A stretch of 62,886 nt of DNA, the filler included, from Pirum gemmata (taxonomy: Eukaryota): assembly GCA_002812295.1 (NCBI GenBank). It is 12 parts of 12 records of this genome, joined end to end, with 100 filler letters (N's around TTAATTAATTAA, not from the genome) between each part and the next. Parts side by side here need not be neighbours in the genome. Positions count along the whole stretch, not along the records: positions 1 to 5,247 come from PDIN01000667.1; positions 5,348 to 10,505 come from PDIN01000668.1; positions 10,606 to 15,771 come from PDIN01000669.1; 9 more parts are not named here. One strand, 5' to 3'. How positions within the stretch are numbered: the stretch's first letter is position 1; each line of letters begins with the position of its first letter. The notes beneath the pieces were generated by a model. That model was not told the DNA's origin, did no database searches, and worked only from the letters and a program-made list of their open reading frames with translations. The position numbers were made by a program, and so were the translations under genes. Of the stretch, positions 1 to 11,631 are shown piece by piece.

Positions 1-498
1 TATTTATTAATAAACCAAAAAAATAAATTTCGAACAGGCCAAACAGACCAGAAATTCTGCTCGGCAGAAATCGAGCTTTTCGGGGCAGAAGGCAGAAAAG
101 CAGAAAGTCGAGTTTTAGGGGCAGATCGGAGAAGTCTAGCAATTTTTACTCCTCAATGTTTCAAAATATGTTTCAGTCCAGATGAAAATCAATCAGTGAA
201 ATGAAAAGGCTTGGCCGTTCTTACCTGTCAAGGACTCAAGGTCAAGACTCCTTGAATACTGGTTACTGTTCGGTTCGCAGGCTCGATTCATATATGGAAC
301 AAGCATTCAAATGTCAATCGAGCATATAAATGTTATATTACGCTGGGTAAAATATTTATTTTCGAGTTTCTGTTTGAAGCAAAATTATCTACTTTCCCGA
401 TCATTGTGCTTGTTTGCAGGCTCGATAAATATACTTCCACATATAGAAATAGCATTTTTTTAGAAAATACATTGCTGTTATATTAGTTGTTACACTGT

Positions 499-536
499 TG
501 GGTTAGGGTTAGGGTTAGGGTTAGGGTTAGGGTTAG
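499..536 (+). repeat. Interstitial (TTAGGG)n array
   Basis: About 6 units, flanked by non-telomeric DNA on both sides. Further arrays lie near 27260-27495, 29715-29850, 30235-30870, 39098-39247, 40251-40360 and 47055-47136. Confidence 0.9.
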
Positions 537-1199
537 TATTTATAGTTTCAAATTCCTGCTCGAAGCCAAATTGACAGCAATATTGCGCGAGCGATCATTT
601 TCTTTTTTATTGAGCCTTATTTTATTACACAATTTTAAGACCATATGCATATAATATATTCAACATTACACAAAAATGACAATAACAATAGCACTAACAA
701 TAGCAATAACAATATTAATAACAATATTAATAACAATATCAATATCATGATCATGTATGAATATCAATAACAATAACAATAATGGCAATGATAACACAAT
801 AAAACAACAATGTAATATTATTATTTACATTGGCAATTAATAACAATAACAATAACTGTTATATTATTATTTACATTGGCAATTAATAACAATAACAATA
901 ACTGTTATTGTTATTGTTATTGTTATTGTTATTGTTATTGTTATTGTTATTGTTATTGTTATTGTTATTGTTATTGTTATTTTTATTGTTATTAATATTG
1001 TTATTGTTATTGTTATTTTATTATTACAAATTAAAAAGTTGAGAGTTTACAATTATATGTGTTGAAATGGATATTAATATTGGGTTGTTGTGATACAATT
1101 TTAAGCTCTTATGTTCGTAATGAGTTGAGTATAGAAAAATTGGAATATCAATTGATAATTGACAAAGCTGACAGAAACATTTATACGTATAAAGTATAT

Positions 1200-1356
1200 T
1201 ATATATCTACGTAATTAAGAAATCCAGGTGTCTTAATTAAATAGGATTTCAACCACTGGTCCTTCAACCACTGGTCCTGTTGCAACCACTGGTCCTGTTG
1301 CAACCACTGGTCCTTCAACCACTGGTTCTTCAACCACTTAATTGCGTAGATATATA
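1200..1356. repeat. Inverted-repeat-bounded element containing a 15/18-bp tandem array
   Basis: Arms tatatatctacgtaattaag (1200-1219) and cttaattgcgtagatatata (1337-1356) differ by 1 mismatch. They enclose about 5 units of caaccactggtcct(t/gttg). Confidence 0.6.
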
Positions 1357-1537
1357 TAATATAGGAATAAGAAGAATAAGTATATTTATAATTCTATGTT
1401 ATATATAATATAAAAGTAATCTTATATATAGTTTCAACGGCTTAGCTTGGAGTTTAATACAGGGAACAGTTTTATTTGTAAAGTCGGTAATTATAGTAAT
1501 TATAATAAATTAAGGGGCATAATATCTCAAGACAAGG

Positions 1538-1883
1538 GACATTAATTTTGTATCAGCTAGAATTACTTGAAATTCAATTTTTTTAAGAGGAAATCAAGGA
1601 GATATTAGATCTTTTGATCGAATCAGTTGCCCGGAGAAAAATTAAATATCTACTTTATAATTTTGTTCCTTATTAAATCTTCACCTTGTTTTTCTTCGGC
1701 TTTGTTTATGTTGACATTAATTTTGTATCAACTAAAATTACTTGAAATTCAATGTTTTTAAGAGGAGATCAAGGAGACATTAATATTAGATCTTTTGATT
1801 GAATCACTAGTTGCTTGGAGAAAAATTAAATATCTTCCTTATTAAATCTTCACTTTGTTTTTCTTCGGCTTTGTTATGTTGAC
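1538..1883. repeat. Diverged ~175-bp tandem duplication
   Basis: gacattaattttgtatca...tttttcttcggctttgtt(t)atgttgac occurs at 1538 and 1713, with small indels. Confidence 0.85.
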
Positions 1884-2089
1884 TCCGATGATGTTTTCGA
1901 TGTAAACATAATACTATATATACAAAAGTGCCAGTATTCGCACACATTGTCACATTTGTCGCAAAAAATTATTGTTATTGTTATTGTTATTTTTAGAAAG
2001 GAAAACGAGCGTTTTACAAAAGTTTTCTTGGGGAAGTGAAACAAATATCACAATCAAGGGAAATTTTTTATTTATTTATTATTTTATTT

Positions 2090-2258
2090 TTTACTACCAA
2101 TATTGGAGAAATCTTTTTTTAAAAACTAAGAATACTCATGACCAGGTTTTTTAAAATTAATTTGGTCAAGTTTTTAGAAAAGAAGTCTAAGGATTTCTAC
2201 AAATTTCTACAGTTTTACCTGGCCTCCATGCTGTTTAAAAAAAAAATAAAACTTTTGT
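2090..2258 (+). repeat. Dispersed repeat (second copy ~39750-39925)
   Basis: Both copies share ttaaaattaatttgg...tttttagaaaagaagtctaa...atttctacagtttta, on different contigs. Confidence 0.65.
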
Positions 2259-2476
2259 TTTTTTTTTTCTGCTTCGTTTGGGGTTACAAAAGACTATAAA
2301 GAGCTATCAAAGGTTATTGATTTACATTATAGTATTCAAAGGTTATTAATTTACATTATAGTATTCGTAAAGATCAAAGCTAAAACTAATAGCATCAAAT
2401 TTAAGAGCTTGCCGGTTGGAGCAGTGGTTGATCAAAGGTTATTAATTTACATTATATAATAATAATTAAAGGTTAT

Positions 2477-3017
2477 TTACATTAAAGTATTCGTAAAGAT
2501 CAAAGCTAAACTAATAGCGCCAACTGTAACAGAGCTTGCACTACCACCGGCTGGAGCATTGATTGAATCAATAACACCGGTTGGAGTGGCAGTGGCTGAA
2601 ACAGTGGCTGAAGCAGGGACTGAAGCAGGGACTGAAGAAGATGGTAATGTTGGTGTTGTTGTTGCTGGTGTTGCTGGTGTTGCTGGTGTTGCTGGTGTTG
2701 CTGGTGTTGCTGGTACAGTTGGGATTTGATCAGGTGGACAATCACACTGCTTGAAGAAATGTTCCCCCTCGCGATCAGTTACATTATTATAACCTATACA
2801 ATATTTGGTCATACTTCCCTTGGCACAAGCTTCGTCACATTTCGTAACGTTTACTATTCTGTCACTGCGAAACGTCCTACCTTCCCAACACTCACTAAGG
2901 TATTTTTGCTGACAATCGTTNNNNNNNNNNAGTTGATGGTTTAGTGGAAAAGTGAACTTTTGCAAAAGCTTGGCTGAACAAGCAGACAGCTGGGAATAAA
3001 GAAATTTTAGAAAACAT
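2477..3017 (-). CDS. Secreted Cys-rich surface protein with PAT-repeat stalk and GPI-like C-terminus (orphan; 10-N gap inside)
   Basis: ATG at 3017 gives the signal-like MFSKISLFPAVCLFSQAFA. After the N gap come a Cys-rich segment, (PAT)n, an S/T/A/P stalk and the hydrophobic tail GGSASSVTVGAISLALIFTNTLM*. Confidence 0.75.
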
Positions 3018-3172
3018 TTTTTTTTTTTTTGAAATTAATACCAAATATTTTTGTTGTTCTTTTTGTGGTTGTTGTATGATAATTGTTGTGTGATATTTAT
3101 ACTTTGTTGTTACAATTGTTCGAGGTATTTATACTTTTTTTTATTAATATTATTCTCGGAATAATATTATCA

Positions 3173-3214
<42 letters not shown>

Positions 3215-3859
3215 TAAAAAATTTAATATGTTATAATTATTATATATACATACATTATATAATATGTACGATAGCTGCACCAGCTCTATTTTTTTTTAGA
3301 AGATGAGTCATGAATGCTTTTTTTTATTTTATTAATTTTTTTTTCATAAATCTTTTTTATTATCTTTTTTATTAGAAAAATATAATAATAATATGTTAAT
3401 TAATTACATGTAGCCACTTAGCTATCATATTAACATAGTTTAGTAAGGGTGCTGTATTGAAAGGGATATTGTAAATACTCTCATAAGGATATTCTTGTAA
3501 TTGTTGATTATATACTAAGACTTTGAGTTTACACATTAATATTATTATTATGTGTTTAAAAAGTCATATTGTTTTTTGTATTTTTGTTCTTATAGTATTT
3601 TGTACTATTTTGTTGAAAACATCGAGCATTCGAAAGTTTGCCATACTGAGTAATGTATTGCCAAGTGTTTGTGGAAGTGTTGTAGAGAATGGCCATTATT
3701 GGTACCTAATACTAAATGTTGATGCCTTAGACTACTGTTTGAATAACAAGAAAATGCTATATAATATTATAATAAACTAACTAATTGTTTTTTCAGTTTG
3801 AAATAACTGAAAAGGTGTTGAAAAATAAAATTTTTGTTTAGTAGACTAGGAGACTCTAG

Positions 3860-3887
3860 GGAGTAGTAAGTAGTAGTAGTAGTAGTG

Positions 3888-3933
<46 letters not shown>

Positions 3934-4222
3934 AGTAGTAGTATAGTACTTTCCAGTTGTTTTGTCATCATATAAAGTATACAATAAACAGTACCAAATT
4001 AATACAATATAAACCCATTTCCATTTAATTTAATTTGGCATATTTTATTATCTATGTATTGATTTAAAAATGTCAATTTAAAGATTATAACCCTCCAAAT
4101 AAATATTCCGAGTGACAAAATAAATGAAAAGCACGATAGTAGTAGTAGTAGTAGTAATAGTAGCAGTAGTAGTAGTAGTAGTAGTAGTAGTAATAGTAGC
4201 AGCAGCAGCAGTAGTAGAAGTA

Positions 4223-4264
<42 letters not shown>

Positions 4265-4269
4265 ATAGT

Positions 4270-4313
<44 letters not shown>

Positions 4314-4323
4314 CAGCAGCAGC

Positions 4324-4358
<35 letters not shown>

Positions 4359-4418
4359 GAGTAGGAGTAGTAGCAGTAGTAGTAGTAGTAGTAGTAGTAG
4401 TTGGAGTAGTAGGAGTAA

Positions 4419-4481
<63 letters not shown>

Positions 4482-4494
4482 GAGTAGGAGTAGG

Positions 4495-4529
<35 letters not shown>

Positions 4530-4530
4530 G
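3860..4530. repeat. (AGT/AGC)n microsatellite interrupted by a MITE
   Basis: Trinucleotide array on both sides of the 3946-4134 insertion. Confidence 0.9.
3946..4134 (+). mobile_element. MITE family A (~185 bp, ~22-bp imperfect TIR GTGCTTTTCA(G/T)TT(G/A)TTTTGTC)
   Basis: Near-identical copies occur on five contigs. The termini are inverted repeats and the flanks are TA-rich. Confidence 0.85.
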
Positions 4531-4892
4531 AGACTATCAGTGTCAAACACTACTAGCGTGCACCAGCACCGTGCAGGAGTGTGTAGGTCTACTGCTGACA
4601 GAGGTCTGCCGTAGTTCTACACTTAATCTACCGTGCCTTTAGCCTACCGTGCACAAGTAGGTAGTAGTATCATACCAGATCATACTCGTACTACTGGCTA
4701 GGTACTACTAGCTAGAGGTGCATTTCTATCATACTACCGGTGGACACTCAGACTAGAATCACTAGATACTCCATTTTTCTATATAATCTAAGTATAATCT
4801 ACGAATTAAAGAAACACATTCGCCGACTATTACCAAATTAATAATGATAATTAGGTACTCATAGACCAATGATAATGAATGATAGACTGATG

Positions 4893-4923
<31 letters not shown>

Positions 4924-5211
4924 AAAGTGCTATCAGAAATAGTATTACTAATAGCTCTATTATGAACCAATAGGCAGTTTTTAATAATAATGTGGCTCGA
5001 AGTAAATGATCTGCAGTTTTGGAAAAATAAAAAAAATAGAAAAAAAAGAGAAAAAAAAAACTCTTGTGATAGAAAAAAACTCAATGATAAACTTCAAAAA
5101 ACAAAACCAAAAACAAAAAACTTTTTGTAAAGTTTTATTTATATTTATATGCATGACACTAACAACAACAACTATGATTACTAACTACTACTACTACTAT
5201 TACTACTACTA

Positions 5212-5245
<34 letters not shown>

Positions 5246-5247
5246 CA

Positions 5248-5347
5248 NNNNNNNNNNNNNNNNNNNNNNNNNNNNNNNNNNNNNNNNNNNNTTAATTAAT
5301 TAANNNNNNNNNNNNNNNNNNNNNNNNNNNNNNNNNNNNNNNNNNNN
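5248..5347. other. Artificial contig-joining spacer (N44 + TTAATTAATTAA six-frame stop + N44)
   Basis: The same 100-nt spacer occurs at 5248, 10506, 15772, 21028, 26212, 31472, 36692, 41908, 47137, 52399 and 57644. All intervening pieces are ~5.1 kb, consistent with size-sorted concatenated contigs. Confidence 0.97.
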
Positions 5348-5569
5348 CACACACACATACCTATACATACAAACATACAAACACACACATATATATATAT
5401 ACTTATACTTATACATACACATACATACCACCCCCCCCCCATCGCCTACACATATATAATAATAATAATAATAATAAGTTTGCTAAAAAACATAAACATG
5501 TCAACTCGAGAAAAAAAAATAATTAACGAATGAAGTTCTAAAAAAAAAAAAAAAAAAAAAAATAGGTAC

Positions 5570-5819
5570 CATCTTTAGTTTCGGAGAAACAATGAGTTGG
5601 GTCATGATGAGAGGTATAAAAGCAAACGTCATGTCCTTGACTTTGGTAGGCAATTGCAGCGTCAACAACTAACCGTTCTGCGCCACCAATTCCAAGATCT
5701 GGATGAACAAAGCATATTTTTTTTTTTCCTTTTCCAAAACGCGAACTCCTTTTCTGGTTTTGAAAGCAACCCACCAGATAAAGAAAGCCTAAAATAATAG
5801 CTAAACTGTAGATTATCAT
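5570..5819 (-). CDS. ALG2: Alpha-1,3/1,6-mannosyltransferase ALG2, first exon (rest off contig)
   Basis: N-terminal TM segment, then the diagnostic [19 protein letters not shown]...[19 protein letters not shown] donor at 5569. Confidence 0.93.
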
Positions 5820-6270
5820 TTTGGAATTTGAATATAACTGGTGTCTAATAATTTTATTTTATATAATTTATAATACAATACTGGTACGGCTATGTAAAAA
5901 AAAAATGATCTTTTGTAGTTTTATACTAGTTTTATTATACGATACATACACTATAGACCTATATATATTATTTTATTTGTACAGTGTTTTACCACTGTTT
6001 TACCTATCAAGATTTTTTTTCCAGCTTTTTTTTTTTGGAAAAATAAACTTCCAAATAAAGATATTTTTGTGCTTAAGTAATGTCTGGACTCTGGAGGTCT
6101 AGTCTAGCTCTAGCTAGCTAGAACATAGTAGTAGAACTGTAGAACCCTCTCAGGTAGAACCCTGTAGAGTCAGTGTAGAGTCACTGTAGACCCTATGATA
6201 GTAGTAGAACCAAAATCGCAAATATGATCTAGTCTAGAATATAATAGTATAATTCATTTTTTAAAAAAAA

Positions 6271-6426
6271 TTTGTCACTCCGAATATTTATTTGGAAGGT
6301 TATAATCTTTAATTTGGAATTTTTTCAAATCAATACATAGATAATAAAATATACCAAATTAAATTAAATGGATTTATATTGTATTAATTTGGAACTATTT
6401 TATGATGACAAAAAACTGAAAAGCAC
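6271..6426 (-). mobile_element. MITE family A copy (one end truncated)
   Basis: Reverse-complement match. The intact end reads TA|CAGTGCTTTTCAG, a Tc1-like terminus. Confidence 0.8.
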
Positions 6427-6625
6427 TGTAGATAAATAGGATACGGTCTCAAAATTCAAATCGAGTCTGGACTCTGGGCCTAGCTAGCTAGCTAGCTAGC
6501 TAGACTCTGGGGTGCCTGAACTGGCTCTAGCTAGCTATCGATAACTACTAGCTAGAGCTATCAGATAGCTACTAGTCTGGCCAGAACTGGTGCCTGCCCC
6601 TGAGCCCCCACCTATAGTCCTTAAC

Positions 6626-6672
6626 CAATCAGGGGTTTCCAATAATTTCCCCACCTCAAAAAAAAAAAAAAA
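6626..6672 (+). mobile_element. 5'-truncated copy of the SINE at 26749
   Basis: ggggtttccaataatttccccacct followed by poly(A) is identical to the SINE 3' end. Confidence 0.7.
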
Positions 6673-6743
6673 GAACCTCAGAAAAAAGAACCCACACAGA
6701 GAACCTAGCTAGCTAGCTAGTAGTAGTAGCTAGCTATAGTAAC

Positions 6744-6874
6744 TAACGCCAACTTCCGGTCAAATACAGCTTCAAATACCACTACCTATCTACCCCTTGA
6801 CGTTAATTTCTGGTCAAATATAACCTACCTACCTACCCCTTGACGTGACCTAGGTCTATTATTTGAACGCTCCC
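6744..6874 (-). mobile_element. MITE family B copy (one TIR lost)
   Basis: Reverse-complement of 8737-8888, ending in tttgaacgctccc. Confidence 0.8.
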
Positions 6875-6895
6875 CTACCTGCACAAAGAAGTTGA

Positions 6896-7075
6896 AAGAA
6901 CCCACACAGAGAGAGAACCCACACAGAGAGAGAACCCACACAGAGAGAGAACCCACACAGAGAGAGAACCCACACGAAGCATCAGAGAACCCACGCTCCT
7001 ACTAGCTAGCTCACAGAGAGAGAACCCACACGAAGCATCAGAGAACCCACGCTCCTACTAGCTAGCTAGCTAGCT
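6896..7075. repeat. Minisatellite (agagagaacccacac-type 17-bp units) plus ~55-bp duplication
   Basis: Direct head-to-tail units with no unique spacers. Confidence 0.85.
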
Positions 7076-7976
7076 ATGATAGTTAGCTAGCTAGCTCTCG
7101 GTAGTAGCTCGAGAGTAGCTAGCTAGCTAGCCCCACAGGGCCCACACTCCACTAAGACTAACTGACGTGTATGATAATAACAATATTATTATAATATATT
7201 ATGATAATAAATATTACAGCTGATATCACATCATATCAGGGGAGGCTGATATCATATTGTTTGCATATAATATAGAGAGCAGCGGCGCAGCGCTGCTGCG
7301 CACTAAGGAAAAGACAAGTGATAGGTCCGACACATGATAATCCCTGACTTGAATCTTGGTTTTTGACTATAGGTGCCACTTTTTAATTAATTAACTTTCT
7401 AACTTAATTAACTCGTTACTGGGGTATGTAGTACTATGTAGTCTACTAGTTCACCCTAACCCTATTGGTGTGGTTTTTCAACCGTTTTTGAACTAAAAAA
7501 AATCGCCTGCGGCGCCTGGGGGTCATTTATATATTTATGGTATGATATGGTACAATAATAATAATAATAATAATAAACACCCAGTCGGAAATTTTATTAT
7601 CCATCACGATAATCACCAATAAACATTTAATTTCAAGCTTTCAGTCTTTGGCATGAAGTACAGAATAGATGTTTTCCAAAAGTAATTCCCCACACGTTCA
7701 CCGCAAATGGTATTATACAAGTATTAGTTAGCAACATTTGCAGAACATCAGGTTGCAGAGCATCAGGTTGCAGAACATCAGGTTTGCGCTTTTTACTCGA
7801 CTTATCACTTGTAGGAACTGCTTTCCTTTTAGCTCCATTGGTTTTGAAGTAAAGACATGGATTATTACAAACATTCAAATTTAAAAGCACACATAGCTCA
7901 CAAGTTTTATTGTTATTAATATTGTTATAATTATTGTTATTGTTATTAATTGTTATTGTTATTAATATTGTTATTA

Positions 7977-8016
<40 letters not shown>

Positions 8017-8736
8017 ATTGTTATAATATTGTTATTGTTATTGTTATTGGTATTGTTATTGTTATTAATATTAATATATTGTTATTGTTATTGTTATTGT
8101 TATTAATTGTTATTGTTATTGGTATTGGTATTGGTATATATATATTGGTATAGTTATTGTTAATGTTAATGTTAATTAATTAATATGTTAATGTTACTGT
8201 TAATTAATGTTAACTTTTTACTATTATTATTATTACTATTAATATTGTTATTGCTATTGTTATTGTTATTGTACATGTTATTAATTGTTATTGTTATTGT
8301 TACTGCTATTGTAATTACAATTGTGATTGTGATTGTGATTGTGATTGTGATTGTGATTGTGATTGTGATTGTGATTGTGATTGTTATTGCTATCTTAATA
8401 TTGTTCTTGTTAGTAATAAAACAGAATTGGTATTAATATTAGTATTATTATTAGTATTAGTATTAGTATTGGTATTAGCATTAGTATTGGCATTAGCATT
8501 AGTATTACTATTACTATTACTATTACCATTATCATTACTATTAATATCATTATTTACTATTACCAAAGACTCCATGAAAGGTGGAGTAATATAGTAGTAA
8601 TATATTGAAATTATGTTTTTTATCTGTTTTTATTACTATATATAGTTATTAAATGACTAAATTTATATAATTTTTCTGGTTGTGAAAAAGATCGATAAAC
8701 GATGCTATTTGTTATCTTTTTATACAGTATTGGATA

Positions 8737-8888
8737 GGGAGCGTTCAAATAATACGTCACGTCAAGGGGTAGCCTGAAGGGGTAGGTAAGTAATTTGACC
8801 GGAAATTAACATCGAGGGGTGGGTAGATAGGGGTATTTGAAGCTGTATTTGACCAGAAATTGGCGTTACGTAGTGTTTGAACGCTCCC
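8737..8888 (+). mobile_element. MITE family B, full copy (PIF/Harbinger-Tourist-like)
   Basis: Perfect 13-bp TIR GGGAGCGTTCAAA/TTTGAACGCTCCC with ATA on both sides (3-bp TSD). Other copies at 6744, 38899, 40003 (partial) and 41803. Confidence 0.85.
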
Positions 8889-9947
8889 ATATCATAATAT
8901 TATCTGATACTAAGACCCCCCATCGTATCAGTATTTTAAATTATTTTTATAAATATCTAGCTGTGGGTATGATATGATAGGTCTAGGGAGCGTCTAGCTA
9001 GGGGTCTAGCTAGCAGCTCTAGCTAGCTAGACTATTGTTATATTATTGTTATGATAGTCTATTATTGTCTTTTCAGTTAGGCTTTTCAGTTATTTTGTCG
9101 TCATAATCCGGATACTACTAGACACCAGCGTCATCTTGATGAGCCCAGGTAAATGATACAATAATATATTATTATATCTGACTATATACTATATACACTA
9201 TGCTTATTAAGTGAATGAATACAAAAGAGAAATACGACCGAACGATTTAACTAACGTCACAATACCTTCTAATAACCAATTTGTAATATTTAAATCGAAA
9301 GAAGGGGTGCTAGATCCGGTCGCCACTGGAGGGACACCCAATGAGTTGACCAGGCCTTCAGCCTGGAGTGGCCCAAAATACGCATAAATAAATAAAAAAA
9401 ATATTAAAAAAAAAAAAATTATTATTTATTATTTATTAATAAGACTATTTATTATTTTTTATTTATTATTTATCGTATTATTTATTGTATTATTTTTTTA
9501 TTTATTATTTACTATTTGTTATTTATCATTTTATCGTTTATTATTATTATTGACATTTTCAATATATTTAAATCGAAAATCGATTTGTGTTATATATATA
9601 AATAAAAAAGTAAATAAGTTAAAAATTGAATACACGATACAAATAGAAATTTCAGCAAAATCATATCGGCATTTGAATTTTGGTTTGTTAAAAAAAAAAG
9701 AAAAGAAAATCAGGTTATTTATTTTAGTTGTATTTATTACTATTATTAATTATTATTATCATCATCATCATCATCATTGCTACATTATTATTATTTTCAT
9801 TATTTTAAATAACTAAAATTTGCTGGGAAGTTTTGTATGTTTGGCCTCTGCCTATTCTTTTAGAGTTTGCCGTTTATTCTCCAACTAACCTTTTAATTTC
9901 CAGATTTTTTTTGTTGTTATCCCTTTCCCCATTTAGAGATTATAATA

Positions 9948-10057
9948 ATGGGTTCTCAAACCTCTAAACCAGTTACAGAGCCAACTGTACCAGCTGAAAA
10001 ACCAAAATGCAAACCATGCTGCGCTTGTCCTGAAACTAGAATGGCCAGAGATAATTG
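9948..10057 (+). CDS. COX17: Cytochrome c oxidase copper chaperone COX17, first exon
   Basis: KPKCKPCCACPETRMARDN matches the COX17 CCxC/CPET signature. A GT donor at 10058 splits the next Cys codon (TG|gt). Confidence 0.9.
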
Positions 10058-10605
10058 GTACATTACATATATATTTGTTCGTAGTATTGTTCGAAATAGA
10101 ATTGTTGTTCGTATTCTTAATCATTCTTAATAGTGTTGCTGGCTGTTCGTGTTGTTATTAGTAATGTTGTTAGTAATGTTGTTCGTATTGTTGTTCGGAT
10201 TGTTCGTATTGTTTTTCGTATTATTGGTTGTATTGTTGTTCGTGTTATTGTACGTATTGTTTATATTGTTATTTGAATTGTTATTTGAATTGTTGTTATA
10301 ATTGTTGTTCGTGTTGCTGTTCATATTGCTGTTCGTTTAGTTGTTCGTATTATTGTTTGGGTTGTTTATTTGTTCTTGTAGTTGTTTGAATTGTTGTTAA
10401 TTGTTCGAAACCTAGGGATTAAGAGTTTTGAGTTTTGAGTTTTGGGGCTTTGAGTTTTGGGGCTTTGAGTTTTGAGTTTTGAGTTTTGAGTTTTGGGGTT
10501 GGGGGNNNNNNNNNNNNNNNNNNNNNNNNNNNNNNNNNNNNNNNNNNNNTTAATTAATTAANNNNNNNNNNNNNNNNNNNNNNNNNNNNNNNNNNNNNNN
10601 NNNNN

Positions 10606-10690
10606 TTAATTAATTAAAACATGTCTGATAGTTTAACCATAATAATAATTTAGTACGTTTATTTCAGTTTTTGAACTGGACACCACGATT
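10606..10690 (+). repeat. Dispersed repeat family C, 3' part
   Basis: atgtctgatagtttaaccataa...tcagtttttgaactggaca is shared with 31968-32121 and 45139-45327. The 5' part also occurs near 47897-47990. Confidence 0.8.
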
Positions 10691-11484
10691 GAAAAAGACG
10701 ATAGGAGCTCTCTTCCTAGACTACTACTCTAGTAATACTAGTAGCTAATTAACTACTTCCTACGCTCTCTTCTAGTCTACTACCTAGCTAGCTAGTAGCT
10801 ATCATCCTGAGTAGCTATCATAATATGATTCATATCAGATAGCTTAGTAATTTAGTAGAGTAGTCTATCACAGGAAAAAAAAAAAGAAAGAAAGAAAAAA
10901 TATTTTCATCATGATAACTGGTCATGATAATATCGTATGTAGCATAAAATAATAATTATTATTATTCGAGTCTATTATTATTATGGATACTACTGGTATG
11001 ATATTATTATTATCATTATGCATATCTGATATTATTATCATTATATTATATTATTACTATCATAGTAGTATATATGCATAGTCTGTTAATGTATACAAAA
11101 GGGTGTAAAATAAGCTTATAAATACTACTATAGACCTAGACACGTAGACACTTGCCTGAGGCTGCCTTCCACCTTGTGATAGAGAAAATTTATGTAATAA
11201 AATAATAATAATAATAATAATAATAATATGGACCTTTTGATATCATATAAATGATATATTATTTAAACCACAGTCATTCCCCTACCAACCACAAACACTG
11301 GCTTCTTTTTTATTCCGCGGTTTTTGTCTGCATTTTTTATTTTTGTTTTTTTGTTTTTTTTGTTTTGCTCCTCTTTTTGGTTTTGTTTTCGTAGCAGTTC
11401 CTTGATCTTTTTCGAAAAAACAAAATTACTACTTTTTCCTTACACCTTAAGTTTAGTAAAATGTAAAAGTGACATCAAATAAAT

Positions 11485-11547
<63 letters not shown>

Positions 11548-11631
11548 GAAACAGGGTTTGTATTAATACGTCAGCCTCGCATGCTATATGTGCATGTGTA
11601 TTCCTATCTTGTTGCTTAATTTCCAAGATTT

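Noticed and set aside
3999..4642. Poly-L/Y/V ORFs (also 8185, 33374, 34243, 35167, 39070, 47239, 57696, 59549)
   Set aside because: These are translations of microsatellites or antisense shadows of other ORFs.
6896..7075. CRISPR-like array (also 1250-1336, 29157-29410)
   Set aside because: Head-to-tail repeats without unique spacers, eukaryotic context and no cas genes.
7633..7890. 85-aa ORF with PDVLQ repeats and scattered Cys
   Set aside because: No real start, splice support or recognisable domain. Possibly a decayed transposon fragment.
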